DNA of 61,333 nt, filler included, from Basidiobolus ranarum (Eukaryota): the NCBI GenBank assembly GCA_040143965.1. It is 10 parts of 10 records of this genome, joined end to end, with 100 filler letters (N's around TTAATTAATTAA, not from the genome) between each part and the next. Parts side by side here need not be neighbours in the genome. Positions count along the whole stretch, not along the records: positions 43,037 to 49,072 come from JASJQH010001431.1; positions 49,173 to 55,203 come from JASJQH010001432.1; positions 55,304 to 61,333 come from JASJQH010001433.1; 7 more parts are not named here. One strand, written 5' to 3'. The notes beneath the pieces are model-generated. The model was not told the DNA's origin, did not search any database, and saw only the letters and a program-made list of their open reading frames with translations. Shown piece after piece: positions 45,733 through 59,448 of the stretch (position 1 is its first letter; every line of letters starts with the position of its first letter). Made by a program: the position numbers and the translations under genes.

Positions 45733-48700
45733 TTATTCGTTCTTATTGTAGGTAAGATCTTGCTTCGCGAAATTAAGGAATACTTGCTCCAGTGAGGTTT
45801 GACTAATGGAGTAATCTTCGATCCCAAGGTTCTCTCGCATTTGTTCCATCCATTCAAATACACTCGCCAGCTCAAACTCTACTTGTGTGTGGTTAGCACT
45901 AGGGTTGATTCCGATTTGAAGGCGAATTCGGTTGTTGTGACGTTCAAGTAGCGTAGTGCAACCAAAGGCATTATTGATTTTGGCTATCACTTGACCAGGA
46001 TCTATTCCTGGGCGTACAATGATTTCCAATTCATTTCCATTTCCATACTTATTCTTGAGATGTTGTGGGCTTCCAAGACCGCATACTTGTCCAGCTACCA
46101 TGATACCAATACGTGAGCAAAGCGCATCGGCTTCTTCCATACTATGGGTGGTAAGAATGACACTCTTGTCGCTAGTGAGTCCATTGATCACATCCCACAT
46201 AAACCGTTTAGCCAGGGGGTCCATACCGGTACTAGGTTCATCGAGAAGGAGTACTGAAGGTGCACCAATGATCGCAATACCAAGAGATAGTTTTCGGCGA
46301 TTACCACCACTGAGCTGCTTGGGTAACTTGGTAGCATGGTCAATTAGGTTCAGATGATCCAAAAGCCAGCGAACTATATCCTGAATCTTACTCGACGGGA
46401 TTCCCTTAATGTTACAATAAAGCTCAAGGTGTTGACGTACACTAAGCTGATCGATTAAGGCATCAAACTGAGGACAAACACCTAGAGTTTTCCTGACAGC
46501 ACTCAAGTGGGTACGAATGGATTTACCATTAATGGTACATTCACCGCTTGTAGGATAAATATCCCCCTGATTATCTTCAAAGTGGTCGTCTTTCCGGCAC
46601 CATTACTACCAAGTAGACCAAAGCATTCTCCTTGCTTAATTCCAAGTGACAAATCCTGAACCGCCACTTTGATCTTTTTATCGGCGTTCTTGGGATATTC
46701 CTTACGAAGGTGTCTTAGTCTTACTAGATCGTTACTGTTTCCAGAATCAAGGCGAAGCTGTTCGTTATATACATCATCGCTCATATTCATCACTCCAGTT
46801 TGACCAGTACCCGTGTTATCGGCTTGCTTGACGCGGCTAGCCCGAATGGTCTTCCAGTTATCTTTAAGTAGAGTTAGAAGGAAGTAAACACCAATCTGAG
46901 CAACCATGATGAAGAATGGTAATCCTATAAGATTCATCTTCCATATACGTGATGGGTCTAGAACGGGGTTATTCGTACATTGAATCATGAAACCATTCAT
47001 CATCATAAGTAGGGAGTAGTATCCAGCTGTACTCGGGAACAATGGAAACGCCACAATATTGATGTATTTAACAGTGTCCGCAGTCTCGAAATGAGCCGGT
47101 AGATAGGCGGATAAGTAGAAGAATACGGATAGTCCATGAACGGCAAGTAGTGCATTCAATCCACCGTTTGTGGTGGAGAATCTCGAAGAAACCGCGTAGG
47201 TAAACATCGTAAGGGAACATCCAAAGACAAATAGCACTATGAAGGTGGTAACCAATCCAACCGTCCAGTAGACAGTCCCTGACGAAAATATAGCAGCAAG
47301 GCAGATGGAGTTAATCAAGACAGGAATAACATCCCAAGTAAAGTTGCCTATCCAATAAGCAAGTGGGCTCAATCCACTAATCTTCTGTTGGTGCTTAGCT
47401 CTTGATATATTTTCCTTGACCAAAAATAGAATAGGTAGTGTAAGGTAAAAGATTTGTAGGAATATAACCAGGAAACTAAATAGAACAGCAGGATTCCAAT
47501 CTCGGTTGGTCGTTTTGTCTGGAAATGGCTGATATACTGCCTTGATAGTGTAACCAGTCTTCTTGATTAGTTGATTGATCACCATGTTATTAGCCAGATT
47601 GGCAATGGCCAGGGGACTCATATCCTTTGAGACATCATAGGCAATAGTATAATCACTGAGTTTTGTGGTTGAGGGGTTAGAGTCAGCAATTATTCCGCCG
47701 ACAATATCTGGACGCTTTCGTTCAATATAGGCTTGGAAGGCAGCAGGTGAGCTCAAGGTATCAGTCACAATAGAGGTGTCCACTAATTGAGCAATATTTG
47801 TAGGTGAAACCATGGCAAGTGTCGCATTGGTACGCCCTGTCTGTCTGAGAAATCCATTATATGTCAAATCGGTGGGGACAAACGACAGCTTATCAGTTGA
47901 GGCGTCTTCCACAGAGCAACTATATGACTTATTAGCGATAATACGGGTACCGACCCCACACACTATCAATGTGATTAGAATGGGGACGATCGTCATAATC
48001 CAACGTCGACGAGCGATCATGACTCGTTTGATAACTATCGCTCGCCATTGCTGGAAAAAGTTGGTTGATCCCTTCGTCATACTAGGAGGCGTGGCTTTCT
48101 TCGATTCCTGGGTAGGGTACATTTCATATGCTTCTTCGCGATCGTTCAACATAGTGAACTCACTGGAAATAGAGTGAATACCTTTCTCTGAGCTATTGGC
48201 TTGATTCATAATTCGTAGGAAGACGTCTTGTAGCGATGCCCCAGAGACACCATAATTCATCACTCCTAATGAGTTGCCATAGGCTTTGAGGAAACGTAAA
48301 AGCGGTGGAAGACTATTGTTGGAGGTTGAAGGTATCACAACCACCATTTCAGCACCAGAGTCAGAGGTACTCATTGCATCTGGGATAAATCGTCGAACTT
48401 GAGTAAGAATTTCTTGGTTTTGCTTGAGGGTGGTTTCATTCCTTCTTACGAGAGTGAGGGTATATCCAACTCCATAATGTGACTTTAAGAATAATGAGCT
48501 TCCAATGCATTGAAGTTTTCCATAAGACATGATAGCAATACGATCACCCAGAAGATCGGCTTCATCCATGAAATGGGTAGTCAATACTATAATACGACCT
48601 GCCCTGTTCTGACTAATCACTTCCCAGGTGGATCTTCTCGAATAGGGATCCATACCGCTAGTCGGTTCATCAAGAAATACTACCTTGGAGCCACCAATAA

Positions 48701-49072
48701 AGGCAATAGCAACGGATAATTTACGCTTCTGACCTCCGGATAATGTTTGTACATAACTGTCAGCCTTTTCCAACAGGCCCGTCTGTGTGATAAACTTCTC
48801 TACATCATCTGCGATGATAGAGTTTGAAACTCCTTTCAAGCCGGCATATAGGGTTAGAGTTTGCCTGACTGTAAGTTTATCCCACAAGATGTCATGTTGA
48901 GGACAGACGCCTAAGCGTTGACGAACCTGTTGTAAATTATTGCGCACACTGTAACCATCGATGATGGCATCTCCAGAGGTGATCGGGATTAATCCTGTCA
49001 ACATAGATATAGTGGTAGATTTACCGCAACCATTATGTCCTAGTAATGAAACCACTTGGCCTTCATACATGT
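45733..49072 (-). CDS. ABCA-subfamily full-size ABC transporter (NBD1-TMD2-NBD2), 5' truncated, intronless here, one frameshift at about 46565
   Basis: LLGHNGCGKST, GVCPQHDIL, LSGGQKRKLS, DEPTSGMDP, LTTHFMDEAD, LK..YG.GY; second NBD LSGGNRRKLS; QTSLEQVFL. Adding one base in the G5 run joins the two ORFs. Confidence 0.93.
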
Positions 49073-49172
49073 NNNNNNNNNNNNNNNNNNNNNNNNNNNN
49101 NNNNNNNNNNNNNNNNTTAATTAATTAANNNNNNNNNNNNNNNNNNNNNNNNNNNNNNNNNNNNNNNNNNNN

Positions 49173-50392
49173 CATACCACCCTAATGCACCTCTATAATA
49201 CCAGAAGACATAAACTCACCATCGGTAAAGAACTTCTGAAAACCATAGGTTTGACTCTGAGCTTGAATAGGGTTGATCTCATTTTTGGTGACGACAAGTG
49301 ATTTTTCAGTTTCGTTGTTAGAGCCCCAATCTAACACATTGATGGCTGGGATCGGATCATCTGAAATTGTCTGTTTATTCTCTTTGACTTGCGTCGATGG
49401 TTTTTTTGTGACGCGACGTTTGGGAAGACGCGAAACAGGATTGATAGACTTGTTCTCTTCTACCTTTACCACCTCTTTGACAACAGGGACAACGCTTGAT
49501 CCTACATGGATCTAGTTTAATACTGTCGTAATGCAAAATAATGATGAGAACTGACATAAAAATGTACCCTCTTTCTCAAGTTCATACACAACACGTTCGT
49601 TTTTCCAGAATTCCACAGGTTTGACACGGGTACGATGACTACGACGTACATTTTCCTCATCATCACTCTCTTCAGTGTATCTTTTTTTCTTTTTATTTTG
49701 TGATGAAGAGGGCTTCGAGGCTAGATGGGAAATAGAAAAATAATAAATCATTAATATAATAATTATATATGAGCTACACCATTCTAGTCTAACCTTTTCG
49801 AGTTTTTTTGGCGATTACTTTCTCTTCTTCCTCAGATTCTTGCTCTTCGAACTCGGGATATTCAGCTTCTACATCTTCGTATTCAGTAGGCTCAGTCTCA
49901 AAGTTCGCCTCTGCTATTAAAGGAGAAGATTCTCTTGGAGACGGTGATGCTTTGGTAGTAGTCTCCAAAGGTTCGATTGATTTTTGGGTTACTCTACGAG
50001 TAGAAGTATGAGAGAAGGTAAAGGAATCGTCAGACTCTACATCACCAATATCTTGAGGAACTGGACTGTCGGGACTTACACGCGAGCCCATAGTTTGGAG
50101 TTCCTCCTCTTCCTCCTCTTCCACCACCTCCTCTTCTCCTTCTTCAGCTTCTATCTCAGATTCCGAACTTTGAAAAAAATCGTCAACATTATCGAAACCA
50201 TCTTCATCTTGGTGAATGTGAGTTTTAATAGTAACACCAGTTTTTCTACGTTATGATAGTGAAATTCAAAGTGTAAGGAAGAGCTTTGTATAAACCAAAA
50301 TTAAACAAAGTAATATACCTTCCTGCGATACCTATGTTAGTATAACGATTGGCACGCGCGGTTTTTTTCTCTCTAACTCGAGCCTCATCCAT
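49173..50392 (-). CDS. MIF2: Centromere protein CENP-C (Mif2/Cnp3); multi-exon, cupin domain truncated
   Basis: N-terminal NIGIAGR/KTG..DEDGFDNVDDFF; CENP-C motif RRSHRTRVKPVEFWKNERVVY; cupin start FQKFF..FMSSGII. Confidence 0.92.
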
Positions 50393-51383
50393 AATAGCGA
50401 AAATCAAACACTTTAAAACCAAACAATACCATAAGTATTTTAAACAAATGAACTTTATGGGAATGGTACCACTTACATTAAACAAAGGAAGTAAATTAAG
50501 TGAATCACGAAAAGAAACCACGCTCAAACTGATATCGTGTAAAATGAGGGAGGGGGAGTGGATACGTGAATAGATTTACAAAATCGCGCCTATATGCAGT
50601 GATTTTATCAACAAACCCAAAATCAGTAATTCAATGTTTATAGATTCAAGTAAATGATTGTCCAATGATTGCGGTCAGTAACGCAAAGATGCTACATAGC
50701 TTTTAGTGACTGAGTTTCTGTATCTAGTGTCTAGTATATATGCAAAGATGGCAGTTGATCACGGGTACTAAATCCCTCCCACAAGCCTATAGCTATGTAA
50801 AATCAGTATTGCATGCAATAAGCTTATTTTATTCTTGACCGTTCTATTTACATATTCCTTTGATTCATGACAACTCAATATACTAGAGCAATCGTAAGCC
50901 TCTCTTCGTTTACCGTCATCTTGCCTTGTTACAAGATTTATTCATATTAGGACTAGTTGGTTACCTCATAGCCAAGTCATCTGGACATTCAGAAACAACT
51001 CGACTTCATCACTGGATCCAAATTTGGATCAATCAAGCATGAACACGGAATATGCACATGCTGGTCAAGAAAGACTCACATAGAAGGGGTTTCGGATGTT
51101 GTAATGTTTATTCAAATTGGGTATTTTACAAAGATGAAGAGATGGCCAGGAATGTGTCATCAATCCATACATAGAGTATCATAACATCATATATCTACCA
51201 AAAATTTAAGCAAATACAGTCCAGATATCAAGATGACTTTGGTTAGTAGCTACATAAAACAAGGTCACCCTATCATGAGGTCAAATCATAACGGGGTAGA
51301 GAGGTGTCAATCTAATCCATAATAAAGTGAGTCTCGCTAGGTAAGCTGTTACGAGAAAGTATTAGGTGTTATATACAGCTTGG

Positions 51384-51775
51384 TCACAAATGGCCTCCAC
51401 AATACGGACAGAATTGATAGCCTCTACTTTCAACGAAAAGACCGCAGTTACGGCAGTGAATAGCATGTCTGTCTGGGAATCTGGGTACATTATGAGTAGG
51501 ATCTCTACTCATGTCGTGGCTAGTCCAACCACACCGTTCGCATAGATACATGGGTTTCCCTCGAGATACAGGAAACAGCGGTATAAAAAAAAGGGACAGT
51601 TTGTTTTCTATTCGTACAATATTGACAGTATCCTGAGATAAGCACGCCGGACAAGGCTTGTGTAGTTGATTGAGTAAATGTCGCTTGGGATTAATCCCTC
51701 CTAGAAAAGGAAATGGTTAATATCAGGCTGAAATGTAAATTTCATTTGAAAGGCAATACCAATGAAGAAAAACAT
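51384..51775 (-). CDS. 110-aa double zinc-ribbon protein (zinc_ribbon_15-like), 2 exons; absent from the ORF track
   Basis: Exon 51775-51760, GT-AG intron 51759-51701, exon 51700-51384. Protein MFFFIGG..CPAC..LSLFFIPLF..YLCERCG..CRNCG..FCPYCGGHL*. Confidence 0.85.
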
Positions 51776-52038
51776 TTTGCTGAGATATGATGGTAGTGAA
51801 GTTAGCGTTGGCAAATATATATCTTGCTGATAAAAGCGACCTTTCAAGCTTTTTACACTATGGACCTCTTCGGTATTATATTTGACCGACTAGCCATACT
51901 CGGACATAACCCTTATTTGTCAAGTTTCGATTACATGATGAGACTGTACTGAGTCACCCTGGCCAGAAAAAGTATTTAGGGCGAGTCGGCTAGAAAGGGC
52001 AGCTAAATATAATTTCCTCGTTTCTTCAATTTTCCAAT

Positions 52039-52272
52039 ATGTCAACTCCTTCAAACAACTCCAATAATCCCCGAGCAATTATACCTAACACGCCAATTGC
52101 TAACGTCAATGCAAACCTTCATCCCGTGGTGAAAGAAAGCGACCGAGCTATAGATGATGCACCGTCTGTAGTCTTTGCGAATGAGTCCGAGCCATCGGAG
52201 CAGAATTCTCAGAAAAAAAGCGATCTACCTTCATATATGTTTAATCAACATATGGGTAGAAAAGGGAAATAA
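52039..52272 (+). CDS. Possible small hydrophilic protein, divergent from the zinc-ribbon gene
   Basis: 77-aa ATG ORF after a pyrimidine-rich leader; no recognisable domain. Confidence 0.4.
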   Translation: MSTPSNNSNNPRAIIPNTPIANVNANLHPVVKESDRAIDDAPSVVFANESEPSEQNSQKKSDLPSYMFNQHMGRKGK

Positions 52273-53002
52273 TACTAAATTCAGATAATGACCGGCTAAA
52301 ATATATGATTTTCATCACCCTCTTCAGTTACTTCAAAGCCGTTGTTTTTTTGAATATGTACAGTAGAAGTATTGGATTAAACAACCATACATCAGCGCGA
52401 GGAAATTAAGAAGATACTATATTGACATGACTGCCAAACTCAGGAATCATATGAAGGCAACAAGAAATTAAATAAACGCTTCAAAACCATCTTTTCAACA
52501 TATTGCTGACCCAATAATTATATCGCTTTTCCTACATCCATAGGAAGCAGAATTTATGTTGTGTGGCAAAAAGAGTTATTCACGGGCCAGTGGAGAGTGC
52601 GTAGGCACCATTCAATACACCAAGCGTATATAACCATTGTATTTTCTCTTCTACAGCAGGCATTGTGGACCTGGGCTAATCTTCAACTTCATGTTGGACG
52701 TTCTGATTATGAAAAATGAAACAACCTAAACATGATTAGAAATTCAATACTATATTTGACCCTCCTTATTCCAATGCTCCGTCGGCAAATGTACTATTTC
52801 TATATATAGTTCACTACAGCTCTAGTTTGAAATCTATCAAAAACAATTCTTGAATGATTTTAAGATTATATGATAAAAAGTAGTTCATCAATGTATTTTA
52901 ATATAAGCAGAATTATCAATTCGTATGTGCGGGATGAGAATGCAGGTGTAGTTTCGAAATTCTCGAAAAGAAATTAACAGAATGAATGTGAAATATCACC
53001 AG

Positions 53003-53543
53003 TTATACATCTTGTGGAGGGAAATTGGCCGGTGGTGCGCTAAATAGTTCAACCATATTAGTCAAGTTCTTTTTTCAAATTTCTTTTCTTAGACTTACTC
53101 TCTTTCGGTCCAAACATCTAAAGAGCTTCTTTGGTCCCCTCTAAGAGCATCCTTCTCAGCTTGACGTTCAGCCAGCATTTTCTATGTGGCAATAGAGTAC
53201 ATTAGTTACTATTGAACAGCCTGAATGTTGTGAGAATTGTTACCTTGGCTACGTCGTCTGCCTTTGTCTTCACTTTAAAACACAGTTTCAAATCTTTCCA
53301 TTGTTCACTACAATCTTTTTTAGTTCCATAGCGATAATAATGCAAAGCTTGGTGTCCTAGGGCTTTCAAAAGATAAATAAAATAAACCCGGTGATTAGAA
53401 ACATTTGTAGTCACAGAACCAGGAATGTAAAATATCTATTTACTGTAACAATAGTAAAGTTTGTCCCAGCAGTGACCTATTTTACAATCCAATTCCTCCT
53501 CATTCGTGGGTGTCGTAGTGGTTTTAACGTTTTCGGAACTCAT
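53003..53543 (-). CDS. EMI1: Emi1/DUF3128 family twin-Cys protein; 4 exons
   Basis: C..CWDKLYYCY/TLGHQALHYYRYGTKKDCSEQWKDLKLC..SSLDVWTER/APP..FP. Confidence 0.88.
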
Positions 53544-54344
53544 GACTTGTTATCAAACTTGTAAAAAAACCAAAAGCTTCAAACGATGTAAACTATAGAA
53601 AGGGCAAATATTTTCCTTCATCAGATTGTGTGAAAAAATCATCAGGACGAATTAATCGATGGATTGTGAATTTATTTGACATTCAATCAAATTCAGCCAC
53701 CAGGGCAGGGTTGCTAGCAATGGAAACAACCCCTCCCTTAATATCATCAAGATCGACATGGTCGGGTCATCTTAACCTTGGCTGGGATCATATATTAGAC
53801 ACGATTCACAGTTATGGCGAATTAGATCTTATCAGAGGAATGGTGCAAGCATGTGTTTGTACAATGCTGAGTTTTCGCTGAATGACAGCACCTTGATGGC
53901 AGGATTGGGAGAAGTTAATTCGAAACACATGCAAGTAACCATGTCCCAACTTCGACATGAATGCGTTCGATACCTTGGATTCGCTAGTAAGACTAACATT
54001 AAACTGGACATCGATTCTGAACTGTTCAGGGGATCAGTCTCTATACAGAATGGCAGACATTTTCAGATAAAAATCATATATGTTCATTCCAAAGTCCATC
54101 GGAAATGATGAAACCCTTAGTATACAAACAAGCACCATTAACAACACACCTTTCATGAAATCATTGATTGGATGGGATGGATGCTTTTAGTAGATCGATA
54201 ATTTATTCGAAGTTGGTATAGGCTATAGGTAAATCTATTGGGGCCCTAATTTAAACAGAATGGAGTAGTACCTTAAGGTTTAAGATAGCCGGGTATTTTC
54301 AAACAATCCAGGTAAGTGAATATCACATCACCCTGAGGATGACT

Positions 54345-54611
54345 CTAATTGTTGACTGAAAGCCCACAGATCTTCACGGGAGTTCCCAATATTCCCAAGT
54401 CAAGGTTTATTGCTTGATTACAAGGTTGATCGGCATTTATCTCAGCGTTAGGTCTGGCAGTGTCAATTCCAATCGGATTACTTTGTGGACTTGCTACCTC
54501 TCCGTTTCCATTAGCGATGGAGCCTTTACCATCCAGGCCAATATTTTTGAGAAGGCCTGCTTGGGAAAATGTGGTTAAAGCAACAAGGGTAAAGATAGCT
54601 GTGAATTTCAT
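54345..54611 (-). CDS. Small secreted Gly/Asn-rich 2-Cys protein
   Basis: Signal peptide MKFTAIFTLVALTTFSQA; TATAAAA about 60 nt upstream. Confidence 0.75.
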   Translation of the reverse strand: MKFTAIFTLVALTTFSQAGLLKNIGLDGKGSIANGNGEVASPQSNPIGIDTARPNAEINADQPCNQAINLDLGILGTPVKICGLSVNN

Positions 54612-55136
54612 GGTTGTAGTTGGACTTGTTCAATTGTTGAATGGCGTATTCATGATTCACAGTGTCTCTTTTATACCAACCTCTTTGTTTGAGTTCGCAT
54701 AGAATGTTGATACTCATTGAAATAAAGATGCCCGTAGTACCGCGATAGCCCTTTCCCCAGAAGTACAGGCGATCATGGATGCATTACTTAGGTTTGATAT
54801 TGGAAAATGTGCATCCAATGTTGTTACCAGCTGGTGAACATACTTTGGTACAGGTGCATCAATCTTAGATCAAACTACGAAAAAGCAGTGCTACTTTGAT
54901 TAAATCTTGCTCACATACATATGAACACAATTGCCTTTAGTATTAGTCACATCGTCAACAGAACGATTGAACAAATGAAACCCAAGATTTGTCCGAAATA
55001 GACACACTTTCTAAAGCCTAATCAGCAATACTACTGCCAAGTACAAATACAGCTAAATAACATAAGAGCAAAAATTGCTAGTGCAACTAATTTATTATTA
55101 TTATTAATAAAGATTTAATATAGAGCACCTGGCTTT

Positions 55137-55203
55137 TCACATAAGCAAGAAAGATGTAATAACACCAACAGCTCCAACAATTCCAGCACCAACTCTGAAT
55201 GCC
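55137..55203 (-). CDS. C-terminal tip of a gene ending in a hydrophobic, GPI-signal-like tail
   Basis: AFRVGAGIVGAVGVITSFLLM* at the contig edge. Confidence 0.4.
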
Positions 55204-55303
55204 NNNNNNNNNNNNNNNNNNNNNNNNNNNNNNNNNNNNNNNNNNNNTTAATTAATTAANNNNNNNNNNNNNNNNNNNNNNNNNNNNNNNNNNNNNNNNN
55301 NNN

Positions 55304-57033
55304 CTTCACTCGACAGACATGTGACAATCTTTTTAATGGTTCCAGAGGTGATAATCTTCATTTGGAAGATCTCTATACATTGTGGCACCGCATTAAGTGA
55401 CTGAAAGTAAAAGACTAATGCATTGAATTTTACCATTATGCAAAGCTAAAAACCGGAGAGTCCGTAGAGCAATTTTAGATATGTATGTTTCCTCTGCACT
55501 CAACAGATTCGTGACGAGCTTCAGAATTCCTCTTATCTGACGAAACATTGGCCGTGCAACATCTAGAACATTGTTGAATACCTTGATACACGTGATATGA
55601 CTAGATTATTCACATCTCTAACGCACCTTTAACGACAAACTCATGCATCAATCCAATAGCCCAGTAAATCAACTCTCCATCCTCTGAAATAAAACCAGCA
55701 TCAGCATAGACAATCGCATCAAACCATGTCCAATATAAATGACATTACCACTGCGAAGGCAGGCAGATATCAAAGAGTCCATTTTGTAATCAAGAAGTGT
55801 ATAAAGCTGTGGAATAGCGTCTACCATAAAGATAAGTTAAGAAACTTGATTATATCATTACATGCCGATTATCATACCCGATGGCTCCATTGAAGCAACT
55901 ATTCGAACTAGAGTCTGGAGGCAAACCTTGGGCATGTTTACATTTCCAAACGTTCTGCGCGTCAAGTCAGCTAAAAGCGGAATAAAGTTGGCGCGGATCA
56001 TCTGTGGATGTACCTCCTCTATATGACGAAATTCATGTCAATTAGCAATTGGGGTTCTTTGTTTGATGTCCAAGCTGTATCTACGTACCATAGAATGAGA
56101 GATGATAAACTAGCATCAATGACCAATACTTCGTTTCGTTACTATACTTGTTGAAGTTTTGAAGGAACTTCGTCAATGGCTCGATAACACCGTAGGCCAC
56201 GATTTTATTCTTGCGGTCATCTTAAAAAGTGCATTGGATTAAGTTCGTGCCGTGAAAAGACAACACTATAAAACTTCGACTTTGCGATTGCGAAATACCA
56301 TTTGCGTTGATCAAATCACATAGAATTACGGCCGCATGCTTATATATGGTTTCCTTGTTTTCATCACTAAGCATCTCTACCAGGACTTCCAGAGCTCCGA
56401 CATTAACCAACAACGCTTTGTTGTCCTCTAAAAAACGCTCATTCTATTTACTAACACGACAACCTAGAAGAAAATAGTACACTATCATACCATTTCTAGA
56501 GAGCAATTGAAGTGTGGTAATGGCTTTCAGTTTTGCCTCTTCGTTATTTTTTTGCCTACACGCATGGATCAGAAATTCCAAATGCGGTTCTTGAAATAAA
56601 AAGATATATTTTTACTAAAACTAACTACTGTTTTAAATGAAAGAGAATTCTCACCTGAGATAGCTCTATCCAACAAAAGACGAAATGCGCTAAGCGGTTT
56701 CCAAGAAAAATCATCAGTTATTTTATAAGGATTTTAAAGATTGAAGAATAGGTTGATACCTAGTTTGTAGACCAACATTATTGCAACGTGCCAAATCGGC
56801 TAAAGATTTGGAACTTATACCTATGGAATCAACGGTTTTAAGTAAAAATATTTCAAATCAAATGAAGCCAACTTACAATCTTCTAGGTGTTTTTGACTCC
56901 AATTTTTAAGTAATGAACGACGTGAGTTGCTTTTTTTATTGGAATATCCCACATGCCTCCATACTGAAAGCAGCATGTATACTGAAGCAAAACCAATAGA
57001 AAAGTATATCAATCCAGGTTGTGAATCGGTCAT
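55304..57033 (-). CDS. Armadillo-repeat protein with N-terminal membrane anchor; many exons, 3' truncated
   Basis: N-terminal hydrophobic segment; ARM-like ALLVNVGALEVLVEML..HAAVILCDL; regular GT-AG introns. Confidence 0.7.
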
Positions 57034-57654
57034 TTTTGAATAGCTTAATCTACAATAGGAATACTATTCTATTGTGACTATGAGTTTTAAAGATTCCTTG
57101 GATGGTAAAGACGGATTAATAATTCCCGTTGGTTGACACTATATTAACAACTATTCAGGCTAAGCATTAAATCAAGAAGCTATTACTACGTCAGTAGGAT
57201 ACACTGCAATATTTTCAGACAATTCCATCAATGGAGCGAATGTCCTACTAAACTACTATTCGACTCAATGTTGCTTTATTTAAGCCATAAGTTATCCAGA
57301 ATTATTTAGACAGAATCTATTCGGAGATCTAATCGTCTACGCCACCTTTTCGTGTTATTACTGATTATCGTTGATCCAATCTCGTATAGATTCAATCTCA
57401 TCATTGCCATCATATCTAGTGTATGGATAATCTCTGTATCGCGCAGTTTTGTTGGTTACATGCTATAACATTTATTATTATCTAACATCTTCATCAATCT
57501 CTTTGAACCGATGTAGTTATCTCAAATAGTTAACGAGATTTGTCAACAAGTGATCCAGATGTAAGGTCGTACAAATGTACCTAGTCACTATAAACACATC
57601 TGGTGGGCTCCCAGAATTCTTGGAGTTCATCTTATTCCATCACGTACCTTTACC

Positions 57655-58878
57655 ATGCTTCGCAGCGCCTTGACCTCAGTTTCCCGCACCTGTCCTAGAA
57701 AGTTTGTAACTTCCAACAGTTACTATGCATCCAAATTGTTCTCACAAACTCGCACTCAGTCCACCTCGGTTAAGACTGAGGTATGTCTATGTTACTACTC
57801 TTATCTTGGTAAATATTCACCAACTTTGCACTTCTAGATGACCGTTCGTGATGCTTTGAATAGCGCTCTGGATGACGAACTTGCTCGTGATGATAAAGTT
57901 TACTTGATGGGCGAAGAGGTTGCTCAATATAACGGTGCTTACAAGGTAAATTCCTGACCATTCAATGGAACTTACGGGGTTATGCTGAATTTCTTGGCAA
58001 TAGGTTTCCAAAGGTCTTCTTGACAAATTTGGCCCCAGAAGAGTTATCGACACCCCTATCACAGAGGCAGGATTCACTGGTATAGCCATTGGTTCAGCTT
58101 TCAGTGGTCTTAAGCCAGTTGTAGAGTTCATGACTTTCAACTTCGCCATGCAATCTATCGACCATATTGTCAACTCGGCTGCCAAAACCCGGTATATGTC
58201 TGGTGGTAATGTTACATGCCCAATCGTGTTCCGTGGGCCCAATGGTGCCGCCTCCGGTGTAGGTGCTCAGCATTCACAGTGCTACGCCGCCTCGTATGGC
58301 TCCGTTCCTGGTTTAAAGGTCATCTCACCTTGGAATAGTGAGGATGCTCGTGGTCTGTTGAAGGCAGCCATTCGTGACCCTAACCCAGTAGTCTTCCTCG
58401 AAAATGAGTTGGTGTATGGTACTTCATTCCCTGTTACTCCCGAAGTTTTGGACAAAGACTTCGTTATCGAAATTGGAAAGGCTAAGATTGAACGCGAAGG
58501 TAAGGATGTCACCATCGTCGCTCACTCCAAGCCTGTGGGAGATGCGTTGGCTGCGGCTGAGGAGTTGGCCAAACACGGTATCGAAGCTGAAGTGATCAAT
58601 CTTCGCTCCATCCGTCCCTTAGACATTGATGCCATCATCAAGTCAGTGAAAAAGACCAACCGCTTGGTAACGTTGAAGGTGGATGGCCCATGTTTGGCGT
58701 TGGCTCTGAAATCTGTGCTCAAATTATGGAGAGTGAAGCATTCGATTATTTGGATGCTCCCGTTGAGAGAATTACTGGTGCTGATATCCCAATGCCATAT
58801 GCCAAATCTTTGGAGGACCTTTCTTTGCCTACCACTGACTTAATTACTGATGTTGTTAAGCGTGTTCTTCAAAAGTAA
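57655..58878 (+). CDS. PDB1: Pyruvate dehydrogenase E1 beta subunit; 2 introns; one frameshift at about 58671
   Basis: [47 protein letters not shown]. One base is missing in VT-VEGGW. Confidence 0.97.
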
Positions 58879-59448
58879 TCGGAATGATGAGTTCCTACCT
58901 TCCAGAACGGTAATTCCCTACATCTCGTTCAACTATTCCCGTATATTCCCGTATATACCCCCATCTAACCTTAACGTTCATTTCCTCCGCATATTGACAA
59001 TCCATTCAAATCAAATAAATCATCATGTTAAGTTCCAACCTCGGGCTTGACAAATTAGTCATCATTTTCAACCAAAAAGGAGATTTAAGATCTGATGGGT
59101 ATTGTTGCCCCACTATGACTTACTATCCGCCAAATAAGGCCTGCGTCGAGTTAGTCAAAGCCAGCCCTTACTCCACACTTGCCTTGATTTGGTCAGATAG
59201 TGACTACTGCGGTGCACATCCATAGTTAACCCAGATCAAGCATCCATGAACTATGTAATTATGTATGGTGCATTAAATCAACAACATCAGTCCGTTCTTA
59301 CGGCAACATAGCATAGTTTGGTATTGTCTTTATAAAATAAACTCTAAACCATTAACAACATGGATATGTACAGTGAGGGGGAGATATACTATTCTACAGT
59401 GAGTCTAGCAGTGTATCAGCATTACAAGCGTTGCCACTAGTTCAACTC

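Noticed and set aside
58660-58690. Programmed frameshifting in PDB1 or ABCA
   Set aside because: No slippery heptamer or stimulatory structure is evident; indel error is simpler.
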